Source of the DNA: Verrucomicrobiota bacterium
GTDB taxonomy: Bacteria; Verrucomicrobiota; Verrucomicrobiia; Limisphaerales; RI-55
Assembly: GCA_041689265.1 (NCBI GenBank)
Contig: JBDNGP010000028.1
Location: 10,516 to 74,515 of the forward strand
Direction of reading: 5' to 3'
Length of the DNA: 64,000 bases
The notes under the pieces were generated by a model. It made no database searches. It was not told the DNA's origin and saw only the letters and a program-made list of their open reading frames with translations. Both the position numbers and the translations under genes were made by a program. This document shows positions 10,549 through 19,171 of the stretch, piece by piece (within the stretch, counting starts at the first letter, position 1; each line of letters opens with the position of its first letter).

Positions 10549-11028
10549 TCAGGTTTTGATGATGAAATCCGTGTCGTGCAGCTCGTTGCACACGACGCGC
10601 ACGTTCTCGAAACGAAATTCAGCCTGAACCACTTTTTTCTCCGTCCGGTGGAACGGGTTGTAACCCGCGAACCGGGCAAACCGACCGCCACCGTCCGGCT
10701 TCGAATCGACCGCCTGCGCAGTTGCGACCGACACTTCCGGCACAACCTCGCGAACCGGTTGCAGCTCCGGCTGGTTTTCCACCGGCGCGGCTTTCGCGTT
10801 CATATCTGACGAACTGTTTCGCCCCACCCAACCCACCAGCCGACGCCACATCGAGCGGCCCGGCTTCTGGGGTTTCGCGTGAACTTCCGGTTTGGTCGCG
10901 ACAGTTGCTGGTCGTCGCTCGTTGAGCACCGGAAGCATCCCGGGCTCGCGCATCTGAAAACGTCCGACACAGTCTTTTCCTGAATCCAAACTGCGATCCA
11001 CCGCTAAAAATTTCAGTGCATTCATCAT
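10549..11028 (-). CDS. Hypothetical protein between mraZ and rsmH
   Basis: ORF fills the gap in operon orientation; ATG at 11028 is right after the mraZ stop; no family recognised. Confidence 0.7.
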   Translation of the reverse strand: MMNALKFLAVDRSLDSGKDCVGRFQMREPGMLPVLNERRPATVATKPEVHAKPQKPGRSMWRRLVGWVGRNSSSDMNAKAAPVENQPELQPVREVVPEVSVATAQAVDSKPDGGGRFARFAGYNPFHRTEKKVVQAEFRFENVRVVCNELHDTDFIIKT

Positions 11029-11029
11029 A

Positions 11030-11497
11030 TCACGCAAGTTCATCGAAGTAATCCGTTCCAGCCACCGCAGTGTAGCTTTCGTTCTGCGGGGCATGCCGTT
11101 CCGGACTCCAGATCTCGAATTTATTTAACAACCCGACAAATACGGCTTCTTTCTCGATGCCCGCCGCCTTCGCCATCCGGTCAGGCAGGCAGACACGACC
11201 CGACTTATCCACCATCACACTCTCCGAATTCGCGCCCACGACCCACTCGAGGGCTTTTTTTTTCGGATGGTTGCTCTCCATCCCAATCACTTTATCCCGC
11301 AGCGCCTGCATTTCTTTCGGCGGAAACACCCGAAGGCAGGTGCCTTCCTGATGCCCCTGCCAGATCAACATGGTGAGCTCAATCTTGGACGCGGACGGAC
11401 GCCAGCGAGCCGGGATCTGCAGCCGACGTTTCTCATCAACGCCATGCCGGGCATATCCCAGGTAGTTCTTTTCAAAACTGACTTCCAGTTCAGTCAC
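11030..11497 (-). CDS. mraZ: Division/cell wall cluster transcriptional repressor MraZ
   Basis: Two SpoVT-AbrB repeats (VDEKRRLQIPARWR; VDKSGRVCLP) and C-terminal VGLLNKFEIW. Start (GTG 11497) is uncertain. Confidence 0.93.
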   Translation of the reverse strand: MTELEVSFEKNYLGYARHGVDEKRRLQIPARWRPSASKIELTMLIWQGHQEGTCLRVFPPKEMQALRDKVIGMESNHPKKKALEWVVGANSESVMVDKSGRVCLPDRMAKAAGIEKEAVFVGLLNKFEIWSPERHAPQNESYTAVAGTDYFDELA

Positions 11498-11547
11498 TTT
11501 TCTATGTATCGGTCGACGTGCACACCACTTTACAGATATCTGCGGGA

Positions 11548-11578
11548 ATTTATGGTATATTAACACTCTGTCAGTCAA
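11548..11578 (-). promoter_or_regulatory. Candidate sigma-70 promoter of the dcw cluster
   Basis: AT-rich segment with TTGACT/CTGACA followed by TACCAT/TAAATT on the minus strand upstream of mraZ; spacing imperfect. Confidence 0.35.
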
Positions 11579-11757
11579 TTCCTAAATCAACCTCTGTTAT
11601 TCACACTTTGTTCACCGGAGTTACCCTGATTCCGAACAAACGTTACCGTTATCGCAAATTTGGAATTCTCTGATGAAATCCAGTAAGCCCCCCACTTCGC
11701 CCCTTTTCGCGGTTTGATTGACTCGATTTCCGCCCCTCTTCATATCATCCTGAACCC

Positions 11758-14085
11758 GTGAACGGCGTTCAATCCAAGTCCGGCTTGTCAAATTCAGCCC
11801 CTCAATGCCTTGCCCGCGAAATGTCCCGGGTGCTGGTGGAGGAACCGGGACTCGAGGCGGTCGTCGTCCCCAACGCGGGTACCGAACTCACCATCGCCAC
11901 CATGGGCCGGGATATCCCCTCGACGCTCGAGGCACGAGTAGGGGAAGCCGTTTCGGCCGGAACCAGCGCGGGAACAAACGCGGGTTGCGGCCTGATTGAT
12001 GGAACGAACGACTGCCGAACCTGCCCCAACCCGCTTGAGACCGACTCGCTCCAACTGCTGGACGTGGTGCGAACGCCGGAGTCGACTCGTTTCTCCAGAA
12101 AAACCTGCCCGACCGCTCCGAAATTCTGGCAGTGGCGAAACATCCCCTTTCCGCGTTTTGTTCAACGCGAAGTCGAACTCCCCGAACACGTCCATTTCGA
12201 CGAATGGAAATGGCAACTCTTCGCCGCCGTCCTCTGTGGCGTGCTCGGTGTCACCGCATACTTCACCTCGCATGAAACGGTTCGTGTCGTTCTCTTCGCG
12301 GCTTCGTATTTGTCCGGCGCGTGGTTTCCTGCACAGGAAACTTGGGAACGTTTGCGCGAGCGAGCCATCGACGTGCACTTCCTCATGCTCGCTGTCGCGG
12401 CCGGCAGCGCGTCGATCGGTGCTTGGAGCGAAGGAGCCATGCTGCTTTTTCTGTTTTCGATTTCAGGCGCGCTTGAACATTTCGCGCTTGGCCGGACGCA
12501 GAAGGAGATCAACGCGCTCTTTGCCGACGCGCCCAAGACCGCCACAGTCATCGATGCCTCTGGAAATGAAATTGAAACACCGGTCGAACGATTGTTGCCC
12601 GGCATGATGCTCGCCATCAAACCGGACACCCAGTTTCCGGTCGACGGCCAGGTCACCAAGGGAACGACCGCCGTCGATGAATCGACGTTGTCCGGTGAAT
12701 CAACGCCCGCCGACAAACAAACTGGTGACGCAGTCATGGCCGGCACAATGAATCTGTGGGGAGCAGTGCGGGTGGAAGTTACGCGACCTGCCGCCGAAAG
12801 CGCGTTGCAAAAAATTATTCAACTGATTCGCGAGGCGCAACGTAGCAAGGCACCATCGCAACGGTTCACCGACCGGTTCGGCAGCGGCTACACCGTCATC
12901 GTGCTGATGCTCACGTTGATCATGTTTTTCGTCTGGTGGCTTGGCTACGGATTGCCGCCGTTCATTTCCACGGAAGCCGTCAGCAGCGCGTTTTACCGGG
13001 CGATGACATTGCTCGTCGTTGCCTCGCCATGCGCGTTGGTGCTGTCGATTCCATCAGCGATTCTCGCGGCCATCGCGAGTGCGGCGCGGCGCGGTGTTCT
13101 GTTTCGCGGCGGTGCGGCGGTTGAAAAACTTGCTGAAGTCGACATCGTCGCGCTCGACAAGACCGGCACTCTCACCACGGGCAATTTGACGGTCGAATCG
13201 ATTGAAACGAATCCGCCCGGACACGAACAGGAACTCGCGACGATCGCGACGTCGCTGGCGAAGCATTCCACCCATCCACTCTCGCGTGCGATCACGGAAC
13301 ACGCCAAACGCCAGCACTGGAATTCCATCGAACTCGACCACTTCGAATCGGAGCCCGGACAGGGAGTTTCAGGCCGGAGCGAGGATCATGTTTACCTGCT
13401 CGGCCGACGCGAGTTCATCGAGTCGCTGAGTGATCGGACTATGTTTGATCGCACGACCATACTGAACGCCAGCGAACGTCCGCAGTTCGCTCAACCCGAA
13501 GTGTGGGTCACCGGAAACAATTTTGCCGGCGTGATCCGAATGCGTGACGACGTGCGCCCCGAAGCGGCGGCGCTCATTGACGATCTGCGAGCCCAACATT
13601 TGAAGACCGTTCTGCTCACCGGCGACAATTCAACCAACGCCGACGCCGTGCGAAAACAGCTGAACCTCGACGAGGTACTGGCCGAGCTTCGTCCCGACGA
13701 CAAGCTGCGCTACATCGTGAAGCAAAACGAAAGCGGGCATCGGGTCGCCATGATCGGCGATGGCGTCAACGACGCGCCGAGTCTGGCGGCCGCACACGTT
13801 GGTGTGGCCATGGGCGCCCGCGGATCGGACGCCGCATTGGAACAGGCGGACGTCATCCTGATGCGTGACAAGCTGGAGAATTTCCTGATCGCTTTTCAAC
13901 TCAGCCAACGCGCCAAAAAAATCATTCAGCAAAACCTCTTCGTCTCTCTCGGCACCGTCCTCGTCCTCGTGGGATTCGCGCTTGCCGGTGAAATCCCGCT
14001 CACGCTCGGAGTCCTGGGTCACGAAGGCAGCACGGTGATCGTCGTCATGAACAGTCTGAGATTGCTGTTCGGTCAGAACAGGTGA
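11758..14085 (+). CDS. Heavy-metal-translocating P1B-type ATPase (P1B-4 signature)
   Basis: SGES actuator variant, SPC in the metal-binding TM helix, DKTGT, GDGVNDAP and HEGST. SPC plus HEGxT is the established P1B-4 signature. Confidence 0.93.
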   Translation: MNGVQSKSGLSNSAPQCLAREMSRVLVEEPGLEAVVVPNAGTELTIATMGRDIPSTLEARVGEAVSAGTSAGTNAGCGLIDGTNDCRTCPNPLETDSLQLLDVVRTPESTRFSRKTCPTAPKFWQWRNIPFPRFVQREVELPEHVHFDEWKWQLFAAVLCGVLGVTAYFTSHETVRVVLFAASYLSGAWFPAQETWERLRERAIDVHFLMLAVAAGSASIGAWSEGAMLLFLFSISGALEHFALGRTQKEINALFADAPKTATVIDASGNEIETPVERLLPGMMLAIKPDTQFPVDGQVTKGTTAVDESTLSGESTPADKQTGDAVMAGTMNLWGAVRVEVTRPAAESALQKIIQLIREAQRSKAPSQRFTDRFGSGYTVIVLMLTLIMFFVWWLGYGLPPFISTEAVSSAFYRAMTLLVVASPCALVLSIPSAILAAIASAARRGVLFRGGAAVEKLAEVDIVALDKTGTLTTGNLTVESIETNPPGHEQELATIATSLAKHSTHPLSRAITEHAKRQHWNSIELDHFESEPGQGVSGRSEDHVYLLGRREFIESLSDRTMFDRTTILNASERPQFAQPEVWVTGNNFAGVIRMRDDVRPEAAALIDDLRAQHLKTVLLTGDNSTNADAVRKQLNLDEVLAELRPDDKLRYIVKQNESGHRVAMIGDGVNDAPSLAAAHVGVAMGARGSDAALEQADVILMRDKLENFLIAFQLSQRAKKIIQQNLFVSLGTVLVLVGFALAGEIPLTLGVLGHEGSTVIVVMNSLRLLFGQNR

Positions 14086-14103
14086 CGCGGCGGTGACCGT
14101 TCC

Positions 14104-15066
14104 CTATCGCAACCAAGGCAACCGGTCCAAGTCTACGTTGCCACCGGTCAACACGACGCCGACTTTTTTCAGGTTCCCAATTGATTTAAATTCATCGCTC
14201 AATACCGCAGCCAACGCCACCGCCGAGCTCGGTTCAACCATCAGCTTCGCCCGCTCCCACACCAGCCGCATCGCGCCAACGATTTCGTCCTCGGACACAC
14301 GAATGATCTGTTCGACGTGATCGCGCACAAACGGCCACGTCAAGTCACCGAGACTTGTGAGCAGGCCGTCGGCGATCGTCCTTGGTGAGGTCTGCGGAAT
14401 GATCGTTCCCGCCAGCTTTGATTGAAACGCATCGTCCGCGCCGGCCGGTTCACCGCCAAAGATTCGAATGTGCGGCTTGATCGATCTCGCGGCCAGGCAG
14501 ATTCCACTGATCAACCCGCCGCCACCGACGGGTGCGATGATCGCGTCAAGTTCAGGAACTTGTTGGAGAAATTCCAATGCCACCGTCCCCTGCCCTGCGA
14601 TCACGTCCGGATAATTGTACGGCGGAACGTAAATCGCCCCGGTCTCCTCGCACACTCGCTCCACCGTCGACTCCCGCGCAACCAGCGTCGGTTCGCACTC
14701 GATCACGCGCGCACCGTATTCGAGGACCGCGTTCTTCTTCACCGACGGCGTTGTTCGCGGCATGACGATGTGTGCGGTGATTCCGCGCAACTTCGCGGCG
14801 AGTGCGAGCGCCTGAGCGTGATTCCCCGAACTCTGCGTCGCGACCCCGCGCGACGCGTCTTCTTCCGACAGTTTCAGAACCGCGTTGCACGCTCCGCGAA
14901 ATTTGAACGCGCCAACCTTCTGAAACAGTTCGCACTTGAAAAACAACTCACGGCCCGACCGTTCGTTCAACACCGAGCACGTCATGACCGGCGTCTGGTG
15001 GGCGTATCTCCGGATGCGTACGGCGGCGTCTTCAACGTCAGAAAACTGAGGGATCAAATCGGACAT
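14104..15066 (-). CDS. PLP-dependent Ser/Thr dehydratase / serine racemase family
   Basis: FKCELFQKVGAFKFRGA, SSGNHAQ, PVGGGGL, TIADGL, EPSSA, TGGNVD. Start reassigned to ATG 15066 (MSDLIP). Confidence 0.93.
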   Translation of the reverse strand: MSDLIPQFSDVEDAAVRIRRYAHQTPVMTCSVLNERSGRELFFKCELFQKVGAFKFRGACNAVLKLSEEDASRGVATQSSGNHAQALALAAKLRGITAHIVMPRTTPSVKKNAVLEYGARVIECEPTLVARESTVERVCEETGAIYVPPYNYPDVIAGQGTVALEFLQQVPELDAIIAPVGGGGLISGICLAARSIKPHIRIFGGEPAGADDAFQSKLAGTIIPQTSPRTIADGLLTSLGDLTWPFVRDHVEQIIRVSEDEIVGAMRLVWERAKLMVEPSSAVALAAVLSDEFKSIGNLKKVGVVLTGGNVDLDRLPWLR

Positions 15067-15279
15067 CCTCAGAAGCTTGATCAAGCCGCTGCGAAAAGTC
15101 GAATCCGCTTTGCCTCGCTGACGCCCCGCATCTCCGCGAGCCAATTCCACTTTGGAGCCCTCCTCCTTTCGGCTGCGGAGCTTAACGAGAAACGCAAACG
15201 AACGCGGGGGTTGGTTTTCCAAGGCATTTCGCAGCTTCCCTATTTTCAGCGGATGGAGTAGCCAGTCCAGTCTCATCGA

Positions 15280-15462
15280 GTGAACGAAGAGACCGCCAGA
15301 ACAGATCGATCCGAGCGCACAGCCCAGACGTTTGCCACAACGCACTGGACCGTGGTGCTGTCCGCCCGCGAAGCCCGCGTGCGGCCGGCGAACGAGGCGT
15401 TGACCCGTCTTTGCCGGACCTACTGGCCGCCGTTGTTTGCGTTCCTTCGCGGCAAGGGTTGA
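15280..15462 (+). pseudogene. Truncated ECF sigma factor (N-terminal 60 aa only)
   Basis: FATTHWTVVLSA...ALTRLCRTYWPPLFAFLR aligns with the N-terminus of the intact ECF at 27579 (FATTHWTVVLAA...ALEELCRGYWYPLYAYAR); TGA follows and no continuation was seen. Confidence 0.8.
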
Positions 15463-15811
15463 CCACACCGGCTCGCGCCGCGAAACCTGATCACGATCGT
15501 TCGATCCGTAGATTCAGCCACCGGATCAGCGTGCGGCCCGGATGGTTGCGAGTGAATGCGTTCCATTTCCAGCAGTTGAGCCTCGTCTGTCACGTGATTC
15601 GTGCTGTCAAAAATTCCAGCGTCAAATCGTTCGACCGTCAGCCGCCGCCGAATCCCCGCCAGTGTATTTTCTTGGGATGACCGATCGGTTCAACGAAGCG
15701 GAGCACCCTTTGCCTGAATCCGTTTGCTCGAAATTGCACGAGCCCAACCAACGCCCGATCTGGCTCTCAAGTTGAATACGAAGATCCCTGGTCATGGTTT
15801 CCCGAGCCGCA

Positions 15812-18800
15812 TTACTGTTGCAGCCACGGAAACTTGATCAGGACGCGATAAAATTCGTTGTCCGCATTCCCTTCGATCGGGGCGGTGTGGCTCTGGGCGC
15901 CGCTCTTCAACACCGGCGTCGGAACAGGCTGCCAGTTGATCAGGTTGATTGAGGACCACAGCTCGTAATCCACGCCAAAGGAACCGTCCCACTCCACCGC
16001 TGGCCCTACATTGGAATCAAAGGCCACTCGCATTTCACGAGGAGTGGCCGGAGGACCGGTAGGGATCAGCAGACTGTTTGAGGGATCGGTCCCGGCGAAC
16101 AGTTCCTCGGGGTCGAGGTAGCCATCACCATCCGTGTCGCCGCCCAGCGGCGAACCGAGACCACCCAGGAAGATTTGTTCCCAGGCGTCGGGCAGACCAT
16201 TGCCGTCGAGGTCCGCGTAACCAGCTTCCGGCATTGCGGTGATCTGGAACTCGAGCACCTCGATTTCACCGACAGTGCCGGCTGGCGGCGGACCGGGCAG
16301 CAGGAATCCACGCACGTCGGCGGTCGCGCCGGGGACAAGCCAGCCAGAGCCGGATGCGCGCACCGGCTTGCCGTCGGGCTTGAAGAGAGTGTAGCGGCCG
16401 CTGATCGTTTCCAGTTCCACGTCGTGCGCGTTGTAGGCGATCTCACCGGTGACTTCCACCTGTGGACGTGGATCAACGAGCGCCAACATCAGGTCGCGGA
16501 GGTTGATGGCCGTCGCCTGCACGATCGGAAACAGGTAACCGGCCGGCACCGGATCACCACTGATCAGCCGCCGGAGGGCGTCGATGGGCGGATCGAGTGG
16601 CGAGTCCGTTAGCGCGGCCAGCATCGCCTGGGCGAAGGCCGCCTCCGCCGCCCGACGCAACGGCTCGAACTCGGGTTCAAGCTGGATGGCCGTGTTGAGC
16701 AGTTGCCAGACCTGGGCGATATCGTGCCCCGGTTGCAACAGCGTCGCGGGTTGCTGGAGCGCGTCGATGTCCGCGGCACTCATGAAACCGACGGACGGCG
16801 AGTTCGGCGAATCCGCGAGTCGCGGCCGTTGTGTGAGCGAGGAGATGCGGCCGAGTTCGAGCAGTCGGCTGCCGTACCAGTATTCGATGATCACCGCCCC
16901 CATCGTGCTGGCGGGGCCGACGGTGAACTCCGGCGGCTTGGCGTGGAAATCGTCCAGCGCCGCCTGCGCCGCCACGAGCCAGGCGGCGACCGGGTCGGCG
17001 GCATTCAAGTCGATCGGGATCGCAGGCACAGGCGGAAACTCGATGCCTACCAATGCGGTCATGGCCGGCCCGAACCCGCCGATCCCCTCCACTGCGTAGC
17101 CGGCCGGAAACCAGGCCTGCTGAGATAGAATGCCGCGCTTCAACGTCACGTCCGAGACCCGGTGCAGGCCGGGAATCTTCGTGCCCTTCTGGGGCGCCTG
17201 CCCCGGGCTGGCCGGATCGGAGAAGAACAGGTCCTGATCATCCGCCGGCAACACCGCCGATAGCGCGTCGTTCCATACGAAGCTGAACAACCTTCCGTCG
17301 AACACCTTCACGTGAGGTCCGGCCCGACTGGCGGGATCGTTGGGATCACTGCCTCCGATCAGCTCCTTGAAGTCGCTGTCGCCGTCGCCATCGCTGTCGG
17401 CCTTCGTGAGATCGGTGCCCGCGAGCAACTCAATGGCATCGGGCACGCCGTCGCCATCGGCATCCGGTTGCTGATCGATGAAATAAGCGGCGGTCTGGAT
17501 TGGGCTCAGTGAGCCGCCATTGTGTTCGCCGTAGAATTCAACGGTTGCGCTCTGCGCCAGCCAGACCGGACCCGCACCGGTCTGCCATGCGCCGAGGTTG
17601 ACGCGATAGTGAGGGGTGACCCCGACGCCGGGTTGAAAACTTATCTGGATCGAGTTCGGATAGTTCCCGGCCGGCGGGTTGATCGCAACGGTTGCCAGTC
17701 CGTTGGCCACCGGAGAGCCGAAGTAGTAAAGGCTCGATGAACGCTCCCACTGGTTGCCGAGAGCCGTCGAGCCAGCTCCGGGCGCGATGCCGGGTTGGAG
17801 GCTCTGCGGCATGGGGCTGCCGAGGCCCGCTGCCGGGCCACCGAAGGTCTCGACCACGGCGTTGATCTGATTGCCGATGACTTGCGCGCCGGCCGCCCAG
17901 TTGCCGGCGGCAAAGGACTCGATCAACAACGGCGGCGTGCCCCCGAACGGTGTGCTGGTGTAGAGCGCCACCGTGACGTTGTCCTGTGCGGCCGGTGCGG
18001 CCGGCCAGTCGCCGGTCTTTACCAGCCCGTAGCCGGTCGGGCCTTCGGACCACAGTTGGAATTGCGCGGAGTTGCCGTTGGGATCGCTGGCGATCGTGAT
18101 CAGTTCACCGTCAGAGCCCACCGCTCCGGCGAATTGCAGCCCGGGCGGTGGAGTCAGTTGTTGCAGCAGCGTGAGCCCCTGACCGGGAGTGAAGTCGTAA
18201 CGGCGAAGCTCTCCATTCGCGAACACTACGAGCACTTCATCATCAACATCCGGCAGAAACTTCACCGACTGGACGGGGCTGCCCAGATCGATCCAAACGG
18301 AATCGCCGACGCCGTACGGGACCAGGGCAATCGTGCTGAGGCCATCGGCGAAGGCGAGGAACCAGCCGGGCTGCGTCGCTCCGTTCGGATAGCCGCTGGC
18401 GAGTTCGTTGAAAGCGTGGGTGAACGGGACCCGCCGGATGGAATTGCCGGGGCCATAACTCGGCACCGGGTTGCGGGCAAAAATGCTCAGCGTCGGCAAC
18501 CCGCCCGAACCGGCATCGCGGTGGAGCATCCCAATCCCGCCAGGAGTGGTTGAGGCCTTTAGGCCGCTGATCATTTTCGCACCTGGCAGGCCTTCCTGCG
18601 CGAACCCAGCCTGGTACGACGTGACGGGCGTGAGCGGTGTTCCCGTGACGAGGTTCCAACCGCGCAAACCCAGCTGCGACGAGCCGGCCGTGGCGATCAA
18701 AAGCTCAGCCGGGCCGCTGCTCGACCGTTGTCCGATCGCGACGGCCAGAGGGCCGGCCCCGACGTCAAACGTCTCGGGAACGATCTGCGGTTGATCGAGA

Positions 18801-19171
18801 GTGTGCCCCCAGATCACGAGCAGTTTGTTGGCGGCGTAGCCGGGGAGGATGAGGTCGTCGAGTTGGTCGTTGTTCAAATCGGCCGCCGTCAGGAAGCGGC
18901 CGTCGAAGTGACTCAGGTACCGCCGAATCGAGATGTATTTCCATTCCGGATCGGAACGCTCCAGGTGTCGTCCGATCGTGAGGATACCGGTGTCGTCATC
19001 GTAGACCGCCGCTGCTGATTCCCCGTCGATACCCTTGATGTCCAGAAGGAAGTCGACCGCTGAACGACCGGTGGACGGCGCCGCGATGAGCAACCATGCG
19101 AACAGCAAGCAGCAGATGGCGCGCAGCGATCGGCCCGGCAGAAGGCACGAGATGGAAGGCGATGTGTTCAT
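15812..19171 (-). CDS. Large secreted protein: FG-GAP-like N-terminal region, Fn3-associated/CHB_HEX-like domain, DxDGDG Ca-binding repeats, C-terminal FYRV domain; carries CIS-like peptide motifs
   Basis: ATG 19171 overlaps the upstream stop (ATGA). Signal-peptide-like N-terminus; AADLNNDQLDDL; INPPAGNY...SATVEFYG; DADGDGVPD, DSDGDG, DLDGNGLPDAWE; YELWSSINLINW...FYRV. Confidence 0.85.
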   Translation of the reverse strand: MNTSPSISCLLPGRSLRAICCLLFAWLLIAAPSTGRSAVDFLLDIKGIDGESAAAVYDDDTGILTIGRHLERSDPEWKYISIRRYLSHFDGRFLTAADLNNDQLDDLILPGYAANKLLVIWGHTLDQPQIVPETFDVGAGPLAVAIGQRSSSGPAELLIATAGSSQLGLRGWNLVTGTPLTPVTSYQAGFAQEGLPGAKMISGLKASTTPGGIGMLHRDAGSGGLPTLSIFARNPVPSYGPGNSIRRVPFTHAFNELASGYPNGATQPGWFLAFADGLSTIALVPYGVGDSVWIDLGSPVQSVKFLPDVDDEVLVVFANGELRRYDFTPGQGLTLLQQLTPPPGLQFAGAVGSDGELITIASDPNGNSAQFQLWSEGPTGYGLVKTGDWPAAPAAQDNVTVALYTSTPFGGTPPLLIESFAAGNWAAGAQVIGNQINAVVETFGGPAAGLGSPMPQSLQPGIAPGAGSTALGNQWERSSSLYYFGSPVANGLATVAINPPAGNYPNSIQISFQPGVGVTPHYRVNLGAWQTGAGPVWLAQSATVEFYGEHNGGSLSPIQTAAYFIDQQPDADGDGVPDAIELLAGTDLTKADSDGDGDSDFKELIGGSDPNDPASRAGPHVKVFDGRLFSFVWNDALSAVLPADDQDLFFSDPASPGQAPQKGTKIPGLHRVSDVTLKRGILSQQAWFPAGYAVEGIGGFGPAMTALVGIEFPPVPAIPIDLNAADPVAAWLVAAQAALDDFHAKPPEFTVGPASTMGAVIIEYWYGSRLLELGRISSLTQRPRLADSPNSPSVGFMSAADIDALQQPATLLQPGHDIAQVWQLLNTAIQLEPEFEPLRRAAEAAFAQAMLAALTDSPLDPPIDALRRLISGDPVPAGYLFPIVQATAINLRDLMLALVDPRPQVEVTGEIAYNAHDVELETISGRYTLFKPDGKPVRASGSGWLVPGATADVRGFLLPGPPPAGTVGEIEVLEFQITAMPEAGYADLDGNGLPDAWEQIFLGGLGSPLGGDTDGDGYLDPEELFAGTDPSNSLLIPTGPPATPREMRVAFDSNVGPAVEWDGSFGVDYELWSSINLINWQPVPTPVLKSGAQSHTAPIEGNADNEFYRVLIKFPWLQQ

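Noticed and set aside
11590-11710. Possible MraZ boxes (GTGGG-like, 10-nt period)
   Set aside because: Only one clear GTGGG and degenerate neighbours; not enough to call.
15067-15468. N-terminal extension of the dehydratase ORF (454 aa call)
   Set aside because: Family similarity begins at MSDLIP (15066); the extension overlaps the ECF remnant on the other strand.
15812-19171. Calling this gene an Hcp, sheath, tube or VgrG homolog
   Set aside because: Similarity is confined to isolated peptides of at most 17 aa; flanking sequence does not continue those folds.
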